64,000 bases of DNA from the human T2T-CHM13v2.0 reference genome, Homo sapiens, in assembly GCF_009914755.1 (NCBI RefSeq), contig NC_060941.1; one strand, given 5' to 3'. Under the pieces are notes generated by a model, which saw only the letters and a program-made list of their open reading frames with translations, was not told the origin of the DNA and did not search any database. This document shows positions 23,779 to 51,872 of this stretch, piece after piece. A program made the translations under genes and the position numbers. The number at the start of each line of letters is the position of its first letter. Positions within the stretch are counted from its first letter, which is position 1.

Positions 23779-24519
23779 CACATTGAGCTAAGAAAAGTGC
23801 GGCTGCTCCTTGAAAGGAAATTTTTGCCCTAAAGCTTTTTGTGTAGTTTTTATACACTAAAAGCTTTAGAGCAAATATGCAAGGGCATTCTTGAGGTAAA
23901 TGCCAATTAGTCTACTATTTATTAGAGGTTGGGTGCCAATAGACCTTGCCATGTTAAGATTGTTAGCCAGGAAACAGTTTTTATGGGTTTCATTTGGGAG
24001 TAATATAAAGTTAGTGATTTGGGTACACTGGCAAGCAGAGAGAGGTTGAATATGGATGAAGTCCAGTGAAAAAAATTGCCTTTGTTGAGAATAGGACCTT
24101 ATTTTGTTTGGTGCATTCTCTTCTTCCTGGAAAGAGAATAGGTGGATCCTTAGACTGTAGATACAGTGGGAGGACATTGGTTGTTATGGATGAATAAAAG
24201 CAGAAATGAAGAGTAATACTGAAGTAATTTCTGGAATTTAACCATATTGGTGGATTAAAATATCTTTTCCTGTAGTATGTTTCTTAAAGTATCACTCCAG
24301 AGAACTCTTGCATCTGAAACTTAATTTTTCCCTGTGTGCGAATAGTGGCGTGACTCTTGTTGATTTGACATAGGCAGTAGACATTACTGTGAGTTTGAAA
24401 TTTATCATTGTAAGTTGGACTCTTTCTTACTTGAGATCTTTTTGATGATTTTCTACTCTAAAACAATATATTATTTGGACCTAAGCTGATTTATAAGTCT
24501 GTGGAATGCAATTTTTTTC

Positions 24520-25290
24520 TGATAAATGTTATTGAATATACATACAGTAAAATGCACAAATCTGAAGTGTACAGACTGAAAATATATATATATATAACCT
24601 TCTAACCATCATCCTGGATTAAGATCTAGAATATTTCCAGTACCTCAAAAGAATCCCTTGTGCCACTTCCTTGGCAGTACTACCCTCTTTCCACCTCCAA
24701 GTAACCATTATTCTGCTATTCTGACTTCTATCACCATAGATTCTTTTTTTCTATTCTTGAATGTCTAAGAAATATGGTCATAGATTTAAAAGGTATGCTC
24801 TTATGTTCTGGCTTGTCTCTTAACATTATGACTGTAAGATTTGTTTTTATGCTATTGTGTGTAACATTAATTTTGCTGTGTTGTATCTATCATATGAATA
24901 CAATAAATTTTGAAAAATCCATTATATGACTGATAGACATTTTTGTTCCCAGTTTTTGAGTATTATTAATAAAGTTGCTCTGAAAATTCTTATATATGGT
25001 AATTTTTCATGGATGTAAACAAAAAATGGTAATTTTTGGTGTACGTAAACACTCATTTGTCTTGGGTGTTGACCTAGGCGTAGATTTATTGTGTCATAGG
25101 ATAAGTACATGTTTACCTTCAGTAGGTACTGCCAAATAGTTTTCAAAAGTGTTTTTGCCAACTTTGTACTCTCACCAGAATTATGTGGAAGTTCTGTTTG
25201 TCCTGCATCCTCAGCAGCACTTGGTATTGTCAGTCTTTTTGATTTTGGCCATTCTGTTGCGGATGTGTTGATATCTTCTGTGAGGTTTTA
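24520..25290 (-). mobile_element. Old L1 3' end (L1ME-like)
   Basis: atacatacagtaaaatgcacaaatctgaagtgtaca...aaccattattctg..ttctatcaccataga. Confidence 0.68.
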
Positions 25291-25369
25291 AAAATGCTTT
25301 TTAGGGGGCTGGGTGCGGTGGCTCATGCCTGTAATCCCAGCACTTGGGGAGGCTGAGGTGGGTAGATCA

Positions 25370-25757
<388 letters not shown>

Positions 25758-26569
25758 TCAGGAGGTTGAGGGGAGAGGATCACTTGAGTCTAGGAGATCA
25801 AGGCTGTGGTGAGCTATGATCACGTTACTGCCCTCCAGCCTGGGCGACACAGGACACAGCAAGACCCTATTTCAAAAAATGCTTTTTATTTTGCAATAAA
25901 TTTCAAACTTCCAGAAAATTTTATAATGTATATAAGGTATTCCTGTTACTCATTGTGGAGATTCACCAATTACGGATTTTGCCTTATTTGCTTTGTCATT
26001 CTTTCAGTCTCTGTATCTATGCATATATTTTCTGAACCATAATTTCCATAAATTATTATTATTATTTTTGAGATGGAGTCTTGCTCTGTTGCCCAGGCTG
26101 GAGTGCAGTGGCGTGATTTCGCCCACTGCAACCTCTGCCTCCCGAGTTCAAGCAATTCTTCTGCCTCAGCCTCCTGAGTAGCTGGGACTACAGGCATGCA
26201 CCACCATGCCAAGGTAATTTTTTGTATTTTTAGTAGAGACGGGGTTTTGGCATGTTGGCCAGGCTCTTCTCAAACTCCTGGCCTCAAGTGATCCAGCCGC
26301 CTCGGCCTCCCAAAGTGCTAGGATTACAGACATGAGCCATTCATTGTGCCTTGCCTGTTTTCATAAATTATTTAGTATAATTTCCTACAAATAAATATAT
26401 AGCCATAGCACTGTCATCAAGCCCAGGACATTTAAATTTGATGCAGTAGTATTGTGGAAACTATTGTTCATATTCAAATTTCATCCATTGTCCCAATAGT
26501 CTACTTTATAGCTATTGTTACTTTTTCACTTTCTTTCTTTTTTTTTTTTTTTTTTTTTTTTTGAGATGA

Positions 26570-26668
<99 letters not shown>

Positions 26669-26945
26669 TGAGTAGCTAGGACTACAGGCACCCGCCACCA
26701 TGCCTGGCCAATTTTTTTTGTATTTTTAGTAGAGACGGGGTTTCACCATATTGGCCAGGCTGGTCTTGAACTCCTGATCTTGTGATCCACCTGCCTTGGC
26801 CTCCCAAAGTGCTGAGATTACAGGCGTGAGCCACCGTGCCCGGCCTACTTTTTCACTTTCTTAAAATTTTCTTTTGATGAAAAAAATCTGGTTCCGATTT
26901 TTTATCTTTTACTCTATTATTATTTTTGTATCTTTGTTTACTCTA

Positions 26946-27284
<339 letters not shown>

Positions 27285-28375
27285 TCATGCCCGTAATCCC
27301 AGCACTTTGGGAGGCGGAGGCGGTCTTATCACCTGAGGTCAGGAGTTCGAGACCATCTTGGCCAACACGGTGAAACCCCGTCTCTACTAAAAATACAAAA
27401 ATTAGCCGGGTGTGGTGGAATGCACCTGTAAGCCCAGCTACTTGGGAGGCTGAGGCAGGAGAATTGCTTGAATCCAGGAGTGGGAGGTTGCAGTGAGCCA
27501 AGATTGCCACTGCACTCTAGCCTGACAACAGAGTGAGACTTCCTCTAAAAAAAAAAAAAATTCATTTTCTTTTAGTGGGTTGTTGTTTTTACCTTTAGGT
27601 TTAAGATTCATTAAAAAAAAAAAAACAGCTTTGTATATGTGTGGTATGAGATGGGGTCAGGGTTATTTCTTTTTTGTTTCATTTCCTTTTTTGTAGAGAC
27701 AGAGTCTCACTCTGTTGCCCAGGCTGGAGTGCAGTGGTGCCATTATAGCTCACTGCAGCCTCCAAGTCCTGGGCTCAGGTGATCTTCCTGCCTCAGACTC
27801 CTGAGCAACTAGTACTATAAGCATGTGCCACCATGCCCAGCTACTTAAAAAAAGTTTTTTTTGTAGAGAGGGGCTCTCATTATGTTACGCAGGCTGGCCT
27901 TGAACTCCTGGCCCAAAGCAGTCCATCTGCCTAAGCCTTATTTCTTATTTATCTCTATTTTTAGAATAGTGATACTCAATTGATTCAGCACCATTTCCTG
28001 AAAAGACCATTCTTTACCCAATTAATTGGAATAATACCATAGATGTGTAGTAATTCTTATACTCTATTTTTTCATTGGTTTAATTGTCTGCTTTTGAATT
28101 CTAAATATGCTAGAAACTCAATCTGAGAAAGTCCCAAAATAAACTTCCCAATTTCTTGCTCTTTGCTTTAAATCTATTTTATTTCCACTCTAGCCCTTCT
28201 TGCTAACATCTATATTTTTATTAGAATAGTACCATAATTTTTCCATTCAGCCACACTGAAATGTTCGGGTCTATGTCAAGTATTACGAGATACAAATAAA
28301 GTAAGATGTGAGCATTGTCTTGAGGCGATAATTTCCTACTTGGGGGAAAGGTCACTAAATATTTGCAGTCTGTGT

Positions 28376-28579
28376 CAGTGGTTCCCGACCAGGAGTGATT
28401 TTGTTCTCCAAGGGGCCATTTGGCTATTTTTTTCATTGTCATGATTGGGGATTGCTGCTGGCATGTGGTAGGTAGAAGCCAGAGATACTGCTACACATCC
28501 TATAATATACAGGACAGACTCCTCGAACAAAGAATTGTTCAGTCCAAAACATCAGTAGTGCTGAGGTTGAAAAACCTTG
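28376..28579. mobile_element. MER20 (hAT-Charlie) element
   Basis: cagtggttc...gtagaagccagagatactgct...agtgctgaggttgaaaaaccttg. Perfect 8-bp TSD GTCTGTGT at 28368-28375 and 28580-28587. Confidence 0.87.
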
Positions 28580-28685
28580 GTCTGTGTGATCAGTATTAGG
28601 ATAGAGGTATGAATACAGTGCTGTAGAGCCCCCAAAGAATGACAGGATGCCTGGGGGAGGGTTTTTTTTTCTTTTTGTTTTTTAA

Positions 28686-29635
<950 letters not shown>

Positions 29636-29860
29636 AGAGGGAGGAGTTTTAACACTTGTGCTGCCTAGTAAAATTTCGTAGAATATGAAAAAAAATTGTT
29701 ATAACTGGAATATTCAGAATGCACCATACATTGTTTTAGGCATATTGCATATATTATTTATTATCCTGTCAATTTTACTAGTTAGTGTTAGTCTTATTTT
29801 ACACTTGAAAAAATTAAGGGCTATATTTAACTAGGTCAAGTTCTTTAACAGATACCTTTT

Positions 29861-31585
<1,725 letters not shown>

Positions 31586-31614
31586 TGAGCCACCACACCC
31601 GATAATATCTTTTT

Positions 31615-32360
31615 AAAAATAAAGATAATATACATACTCTGAAATGCACAAATCTCAGGTCTATATTTTGGTGATTTTTACTTGTGTATATGTGTTTGTA
31701 TATATGTGTGTTTATGTATGTCTGTAAGCATGCTTGTGTGTATACACAAGTACGTGAAACCACCATTGGGGAGAAAATGTAGAACATTTTTGTACTCATA
31801 AAATTTTCCAGTCAATATTTCTCCTCCTTCCAGGATAAGATAATCACTATTCTGACCCCATATTAGTTTTGCATGCATTGAACTTCATATAAACAGGGGC
31901 ACACAGTATGTACTCTTTTGCATCTGTTCTCTTTTGCTAAATATACTTTTTAGATTCGTCTGTGTTGTTGCTATATCATGGTAGTTTGCATTTTTTGTTT
32001 GTTTTTATTATTGTGTTTTATTTCACTATTTAAATATACCATAATCTGTTTAGTTATTTTCTTTTTGATGGGCTTTGTGTTTCTGGCCTTTGCCTATAAT
32101 GAATAAAGTGTCTGTGAACATTCTTGTAGATATGTGGACTCTTTTTTTTTTTTTTTTTAAGATACCTAGTGAAATTGCTTAGTCACAGGGTAGGTGGCAT
32201 ATGTTTAACTATTAGAAATTGTGGCCCCATCACCTCCAAAACAAAAAGAAATTGCCCAAGGTTTTCCAAATAGGCTGTATTGTTGTATATTTCCATTTGC
32301 AGTATCTGGGAGTTACAGTTGTTCCACTCACTGCTTACATTGATGTTGTCAGTCATTAAA
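31615..32360 (-). mobile_element. Old L1 3' end (L1ME-like)
   Basis: Same motif set as the 24520 copy (aaatgcacaaatctc, cactattctgac, cagtatgtactcttttg). Confidence 0.65.
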
Positions 32361-32439
32361 AAAAATCATCTTGTTAATCTTACAAGTTAATATGATAGCT
32401 ATTTTATGGAAAAAACTTTTAGACTTCTATTTAATATAA

Positions 32440-33320
32440 ACAGTTTCTCCTTGGTTAATTATCTATTGCAAATCTATCTTCTTTAATCAATGGGTTAAAT
32501 CAAGATAGGTTTACAATACCATTAAAATGTAACAAATTCAGTCTTTTAAAAGTGGAAAGAGGCGATGAACCAAAATTGGTTTATCTGTTGCACTGCTTTC
32601 TCTCTTCACTTTTCAATTGAACACCTATCAGCTTGTAATAAAATAATAAAGAGAATCCAGTTTGTATGTCTGAGTGATTATGAAGTGTTTATGACAGCCG
32701 CTAGGCCGACACTCTCTATAATGGTGTTACATTGACTTCTGAACACCTTCTCGTCTGCCTCCAGGCGTGTGTGTCACTGTAGTCTGAGTGGTTTTACATT
32801 AACATCTACCCTGAGTAAGATCTTTTGACTACCAAAGTGTTAGTTGCAAATGGAAGATACCATTAAGGCGGCTTCAAAGGACTGGAATGATATTTGGATT
32901 GGTGCATGCTGAAGTAATGGCTAGAGTTTTGAAGTGTAATATCTAAATCAGTGTTGCATAACTGAAGGAACATGTGAGTTCAAACGGCTTTTGTTTGATC
33001 TTCCTTTAGAAAATCAGGCTGAAGGGGAAAGGTTAAAGTTGCCTTAAAACACTCCTTTCTATGTGTGCAAAAATCTGGAAGTATGAAAATATGATTACAA
33101 GTTCCATTCATTATTTGTGTTCTGTGGTTTTCGTATTGTTCTTGAAATTTACTTCCTGCCTGCCTGAAGTTTTGTATTATGAATTTAGTGTCAAGACCAA
33201 AATACAGACCGGGTTGCTGTTTTCTTTATGTGGTCAGCAAATATCTGTTCTATAAGTTGTTACTCCTCACAAATATGCATTTTAGGCGATTTTTATGGCT
33301 TGCATTTTTTTTCTTGATGG
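32440..33320. promoter_or_regulatory. Candidate conserved non-coding element or enhancer
   Basis: Repeat-free island with several retained CpGs and clustered T-box, HOX and MEIS-like motifs. Conservation is inferred, not measured. Confidence 0.4.
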
Positions 33321-33569
33321 TATACACAGTAGGTTACAGAGATACTGACACTCTGATATTAACTGAATCATTTGTGGTTAGGCAGGCAAAAAACAAAACA
33401 AAACAAAAAACTTGTTCCCCTCTTCCTCCTAATTTTAGGAGCTTTCAAAAGGACTGCTCTTTACTATTAGGAAAACTTTCCTCAAAGTATGCTATCTTAA
33501 GTTTTTAAAATTGTGGAGGCAGAGCTGTAAAAAATAAAATAATACACTAACAGTGACTTGTTAGAGAAA

Positions 33570-33720
33570 AAAAGGCCTGAGTTTAAGAACTATTTTGAAT
33601 ATAGTGTATTTATAGGAGATTCTGATGCCTCTTTGGGCTGGTTATTTTTGGCAGCCTTTTTCTTTGTTTCCTTATCTATAAAATGAAAATATATTATCAA
33701 ATTGGCTTACAGGGTGTTTT
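33570..33720 (+). mobile_element. MIR fragment (others at ~1500-1590, 15240-15430, 58060-58240)
   Basis: MIR core-like tttgtttccttatctataaaatgaaaata...acagggtgttttgag. Confidence 0.55.
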
Positions 33721-34509
33721 GAGGGAGAGACTGTCAGCTTTCAGTAGAGCTGGCTCTGTAGTTACTGTGGCCACTCATGTAGCTAGGTGAGTTCTTTTTG
33801 TTGCTTCTTAACCGAATTCCTTAGTATAAGATGATACCTGCCATGCCTCCCACATTCTCCTTTACGTTTTTACAATTTCTCCCTAATTAAAAGTAAATTG
33901 TTATTAATTTTTAAGTTAAAAAAACTATAATGAATAAATCTTCTTTTTAAGGAACTTCATTCCTTCCAGTTGTATCTGTATGATTAGTACATGTGAAGTA
34001 ATTAGCAAATTGATAACTATACACGTGTTTTTTTGCTTGTTTGTTTGTTTATTTATTGAGACAAAGTCTTGCTTTGTCGCCCAGGCCTGAGTGCAGTGGC
34101 ATAATCTTGGCTCACTGCAACCTCTGCCTCCCAGTTCAAGTAATTCTCGTGCCTCAGCCTCTTAAGTAGCTGGGATTACAGGCGTGCGCCATTACGCCCA
34201 GCTAATTTTTGTATTTTTAGTAGAGATGGGGTTTCGCCATGTTGGCCAGGCTGGTCTCAAACTCCTGACCTCAGGTGATCTGCCCACCTCACCCTCCCAA
34301 AGTGCTGGGATTACAGGCATCCTGGCCTTAATGTGTATATTTAAATGGGTTACGTGAGGTGTTTTTGTTGCTTTAGGAACTGAATTCCTTAGTAGAAGAC
34401 TTTCTTTCTCTAATCTGTATATTTTTACCTTTTATCCTTGATTTTTTTTCTTCCTATTATGGAAGATTAACATTTATTTGTGGGATTTTAACATTTTCTA
34501 TATATGTTT

Positions 34510-35005
<496 letters not shown>

Positions 35006-35463
35006 CTTTTTCTCCCCAATAGGATTTTATTGGTGTTACTTTTTAGCTTTTTAAACTACTGATCTTTTTAACTACTGATCTTCATTTGTCTCCATATGGT
35101 TAGTACATGTGAAACAATTAGATAAGATTGGTAACTCTGCATTTATATGTTTAAATGGGCTATTTTTAGATCGCTGGTAGCAAGGAAAACAAGTTGCAAG
35201 TAAAAACATATAAATAGATAAAACTTAGGGAGGGTGGAGACTGGCTTGATCTTGGATGAGATTATGAAGACTAGTGTGATAAAACCTGCTACATAGACAA
35301 GATGCTGCTTACCACCTTGGTAGTAGTTCTTTTCTCCAAGGCTATAAATCATAGGAAGTAATGTATTAGTGAGTTCAAGAACTGGGCTGGGTGTGGTGGC
35401 TCACACCTGTAATCCCAGCACTTTGGGAGGCTGAGGCGGGCAGATCACGAGGTCAAGAGATCA

Positions 35464-35759
<296 letters not shown>

Positions 35760-36504
35760 TTAATAGCATGATTTGAGATCAGGAGAGCTAAGGTACATTA
35801 TGCTAAATAACATTAAGGTAGAATAGTGAGACCAATATAGACTGAATCATTCATTCATCAATTTATTCATTCAACAAGCATCTCTTTGGATTAACTATCA
35901 TTTATTGAGTGCCAATTATTATATACTATCAAATATACAATTATACATTTAACAAATATACAATTTATATATTGTTGCCTGGTTAGATAAATATGTTATT
36001 AACCTTATTTTAAAACGAAACTCAGATTTAGTAAATTTGTATAGCTAATAAGCATAGTCCATTTTCTTTTCTACTAAACTGTTAGAATCATTGATTTTGT
36101 TGATTTGTAAAATTTGTAACAGATGATCTGGTGTATTTTTCATATTTTGCATTGTTGTGATAGGACATGATTTTTGGAATAAGACCAAAATGTCCGGGGT
36201 CTCAGGTATTGGCTGCTCTTGCTCCCTCTCTTCCCAGGTGAAATTAGAGCAGTTACTAATTCAGAAGACTCTTGACATGAAAGATATTTTTGACAGAAAG
36301 GCAAAATGCACTGGAGATAAACATGAGGCATTCTTTTCCTATGATCTTCCATGTCTAGTGGCCAATTTTAAATACTGGATGTTTGGTTGGGTGTGGTAGC
36401 TGACGTCTATAATCCTAGCACTTCTAAGAGACTGAGGTGAGATGACTGCTTGAGCCCGGGAGCTTGAGACCAGCCTGGGCAACTTTGTGAGACCCCAGTC
36501 TCTA

Positions 36505-44130
<7,626 letters not shown>

Positions 44131-44509
44131 TCTGAATGTTCACAAATCAGTGTATTTCAGCTTCGAAGGACATTGTGTTGCTAGAACCTAATCATTGCAC
44201 CTTAGTTTGAGGGAAGGATTGGTCATTATTGTATTTGGAATTAAGATATGAATTTCATTATGTACAAAAAAACTCTACTTATTCCAAGAGCTGCTTAATC
44301 GAGTCCTTGAATCTCATTAATATCCTGTACTATCATACCTATCTGTGGTCCTTCAGGACAAAAGTCTTACATCATCTGCCCTCATGGAGGGCCATTATAA
44401 TAAAGACTAATTATTTATATATTTACTTTGAGGCAGCATTACATATCCATTGGAGACTGATTTATGCATTTCAGTTACCATGCATCTATTGATTTAAATC
44501 CATAATTTT

Positions 44510-46350
<1,841 letters not shown>

Positions 46351-49073
46351 TCATTTGTGGACCACAAACATCCATTTAACCAGTATCTATAGGGGAAAGT
46401 GGGGTTGTGAATGTGTACTCTTGTCCTAATAATGCAGCATTATAAAGCAGTATTTTTATTGTCTTTTGGTATTTGAATTTTCTATATTATAATTGGTCTA
46501 TGAAAAGTCATCAGAAGTTTAGAAATAAGTTTGATTCTGAGGGCAAGATAACCTTCATTTGCTTTCAGAATTCTCTAAAAGCACTTCTACAGCTCTCCCA
46601 GAACTTGTGTAGCCTTTTCTGTGTGTATATTATTGTCTTAGCTGTTGTAATTTCCTTTTGCCTTAGATCGAGTTGTGAGATTCTAAACTTGTACTACCCC
46701 CACCCCTTTTTTGGTTTGGTATGTAATTTGCATATTTTCACCATGCGAAAGCTATTTTCTATGGTTGGAAAAGATTTTTTTTCCTACAGTGTGAACAAAT
46801 CATTCTTTGTTCTCCTTATTGTGCCTCCAAACTGGTACGTCCGGTTTATGCCCCAAACAACAAAAGTCTGTCATCAGAAATTAAAATGCCAGTAAGAACA
46901 AAGGCAGAGACCATGAGGAGCTGTTGGAGAGGCTTTCTCCCTGTTCGCTCTTCTCCCCAAGTTACCACAGTTGCCAGGAAGTTGGAATACTGCTTGGACT
47001 CTCTTTCCTTGTAGTTCTACTCTTGTATTTATTGCTATTGTTGGTTTAAAAGTGAACTTACAGTTTAGTATACTTCTTTTCAGGATCTAGAAAATCCTTA
47101 TCTCTGCCATTTTTAATGAGCTCTTTTCTTAAAACCTAAAAAATCACTCTTGACAGCCTTATAAAAAATCAGTTTTGGCACTTATTTGAAGGCAAAATTA
47201 TCAGTGGACATAATGTATAAAATTATTATTCAGAAAGATAGCTAAAGCAGAATCTGTAAAGACTAACCATCCTCTGTGTGTCCTTTCTAAAACGTATGGA
47301 TCATATCTGTATAAACCTTAACTCTGTTTCTGTTCTGAAATGGTACTCTAATGTAGAATTCCCACAGACTATTTGGAGAGTTCTCTCCTCGAGGAAGTTT
47401 GACATTTTGTGACTCACATAGGATAGTTTAGAATTATGCTTCTAATTTCAGTAGGTTGTACAATCCTGATTTTAATATATTCAGAAATATCTATAAATGT
47501 GACACAATGTTTCCTCTGCTCCCCCCAACCCCCACCCCCGAGTTATAATTAAACACAGATCCTAGGACCATAGAGGTAATGAAGAATGGACAGTGAATGT
47601 GGGGATGCATTTTAAAATCAGTCCAAATGTTTTTTTCCTCCCCTCACCCATTGCCTTATGTGTAAGGAGGGATTTAAGATACAAGCTTAGAATAGGGCAT
47701 TTAGGTTTGTTTTGAAAGCTGTTTTGCTGAAAAGTGTTGTATATTCAGGTTTCAAAATGTTTTTTGATGTCAGAATAAGCTCTTGTGTATTAAATACAAT
47801 GATAGCAAACTTTTATATTGTGAGTATGCTAAGACAGATTTGTTTTATTCTTTTTTTTTGAATAATTGAGTACAGCAGCTCATTTAAATATGGTTACACT
47901 TCTTTAACATAAAGGTTTTATTTGATAGGACCAAAAGCTAAATACTAGAACTGGCATATGCAAATAATAGTACAGAGTGGTGGATTTTGTTTTAGAATAC
48001 TATAATTTATTATAAGTGTAAAGTGAGAAGTATTTTTCATTACTTGAAATATAATTTCAATGTAAGTTCTATGGTATTATTTTAAAATATATTTTTTATT
48101 TTATTAATAGAAATAGCAGGTATATTGGGTAACACTTATCTGTTACAATAATTTATTTTTAAAATGTAAATGGCTTGGCAGTGTTTTTATTCTTTTGGCT
48201 ATTGTTAAAATTTTAAAAGGTAGGTGGAAATAGCCAATAACACATCTGTAATATAATTAGATTACATTAGTGTTACACCTTTTAGCATATATATGCTTAA
48301 AATAAAAAAGACTGTAATTTTTAGATTTCAGAGAATGTACGATACTACATTGCAGGGGAAGTTGAACAAATAACCTTTGAAGACTTTTTCTAAATTTTAA
48401 ATTTTGTTCTATAATAATAAAATGTGGACTATAATGGCCATGGTTTTTATTCTGAAAATTAAAAGTTACAAAGGAATTTGTAGAGTAAATAAGTTCTTAT
48501 AGTTTGGAATAATGAGTTTATAGCTTTTACGTGTTTCATTGGTGATAGGTGGTGCTATTGTTGCACAGTTAGTCCTAGCATTCTTCACATCTGCATCCCA
48601 AGTGCTACAGAAGGATTTCTTGCTAATAAATAATTTGTAGTAATTATCATAAGCAAAATGAATGTGATAGTCATTTAGGCGTTATCACAACTTAACATTT
48701 TAAGAAACAAAAATATTTGTAGTTTGCAGCTCTTAAATTCAGATAGAAGCTGAAAATCTAAAAAAGTAGTTACTCTAAAAGAGAGCTCTGTAGATTTATA
48801 GTAATATTGTAAGATTTATACACTTCTAATTTTATCATGTATACATCTTTGATATTTTAAACTGCTTGTATGGCAGGCAGTTATTTAAAAAAATACCATC
48901 AGTATGTTTCCTCTATTGAATTTATATCTTTATTACATTGGTTGTAAGTTCTTTTGTATCTTGAACTAGTTTTATAATGTTTGCCATTTTCTCTGATAGT
49001 GCATATTTCATCAAACACTAGGCAATTATGAAAATGGTTTAAGAACTACAGTACCACGTACAGTAATTTAATC

Positions 49074-50275
<1,202 letters not shown>

Positions 50276-51763
50276 GGTAATCTTAACCAATTCAATATGG
50301 CCATTCACTTTCTGCTGTGGTTTTGATTTATCTTCATCCTCTTTGATCTCGATTTAGCCTCTGCCTTTGCTGGCTCTTTCTTGAAGCCCTTTTTCTCTCT
50401 TGGTTTTCATGGCATCCTTCTTCCCAGATCCCTTCCTGGCTGACTGTGCCGCCTTTGTTATGTTTCTGGCTTAGCTTTCTTCTGTGGGTATTCCTCAAGT
50501 CTCTATTGTTCTCATGCCTTTGCCCTCCTTCTCAGTTATACTTATGCCATGGAGAGCTTGGTTTTCACTTTTCTCTGGGCTGTAGATGACTCTACTGTCT
50601 GCATCTACAGCTATGTCAGAAGTGGAGTTTTGGGCTTTTAAGCTTGCAATTCTGCTTTAATAGAGAATACTTCTTAATGTTGTGTTTAAATAATATATAT
50701 GTTTTATATTTATTTAAAAAATTCAAATATGTGTTTGTATTAAACTTGCTGTTTAGATGGCTAAATAACGCCTGACTCCTTAATACTTTGAGTTTTCCAA
50801 AGGTGTTATTCTCTCATTACCTTTCCTGTGTTCACTCAAGCATGTTTTTGCATGTACAGTGAAAACATAATCATAATAATCATGTTTGGATACTTTAAAA
50901 TCTTCTTAAAAAGAGGATATTAAAATATTTTAATTCTATTATATTTTAAAAAGTTACCAGAAGTGAAAAAAATCTTATAAGACTTCTTGTAGCAGCTAAT
51001 CCTCTAAATTTGTGAGAAAGATGTTTTTGAAAACTTATGACATTGTGATTGTGTGTAAATAATTTAGGGATTAATTTAGCAACTAAATCTGCCTAAATGA
51101 AATGAGGAGGGTGGAGGAAACAAGCAACAGTATCTTGCAGTCACATGTAGATTTTCTCCCTTGCTATTCAACTCTATGGCATATTCTGATTTCAGCTCTT
51201 TAGCTGTCTCTCTGTTTCTTTCTCACACAATTGATTGTGCTGTCTCTCGCTCTCTCATGCTCTGTCACTCTCTCTCTTGTTCTGTTTTTTGTTGCATTTG
51301 TACTTTGGTGAAATATTTTGATAATGAAGATTCTAGACCGTCCTTTTCTAGAAGGGTTTTGGAATAGCCAGCTTTCTCTTTGGATGGCTGGAATCAAGGA
51401 GGACTTTATTACTAAAGGGCTCTGCTGTTTCTCTGTGTGTAATTCACAGACGCAGATTTTTCCCTCTTCATGTTATTTATGAAGTTATTTTGTTTATGTG
51501 TATTATCAATGTTCATCTTTTCTCAACTTTTAAGGCAGAAATATGTCTTGAAAATATCTAATTAATATTGCTAATATTTTATTTAGAAGTAGATTTAATT
51601 TACTTTCCTCTTAAAAAAAGATTCCTTCCTTCACTATAATGTATTTATTTAAAAACATATTGTTAGATTTAAAATGTAATTTTATATGGGTAAGTTTTCT
51701 GTTATGATTTGAACAAATTACTTGTGTAGCTTTTATTGTATTTGATTAATTTTTTAGATTTTT

Positions 51764-51872
51764 AAAAAAGACTAGTCGAGTGCAGTAGTGAGAAGGGGGG
51801 AAAAAGTAGAACAAGGAGTTCCATCAGTAACTGACTGTAAACAATCAAGAACTCACTACCTTCGGAGCAGCC
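51764..51872 (-). pseudogene. Y RNA (hY1/RNY1-derived) retro-pseudogene
   Basis: Minus strand reads GGCTGCTCCGAAGGTAGTGAGTT...CAGTCAGTTAC...CTCACTACTGCACTCGACTAGTCTTTT, matching recalled hY1. TSD TTTTAGATTTTT at 51752-51763 and 51873-51884. Confidence 0.93.

Noticed and set aside
46473-46895. 140-aa non-repeat ORF
   Set aside because: Non-ATG start, composition typical of T-rich DNA and no recognisable homology. It is in a different frame from the candidate cassette exon.
47521-47539. C-rich run as a minus-strand G-quadruplex
   Set aside because: Only three G tracts and no supporting context.
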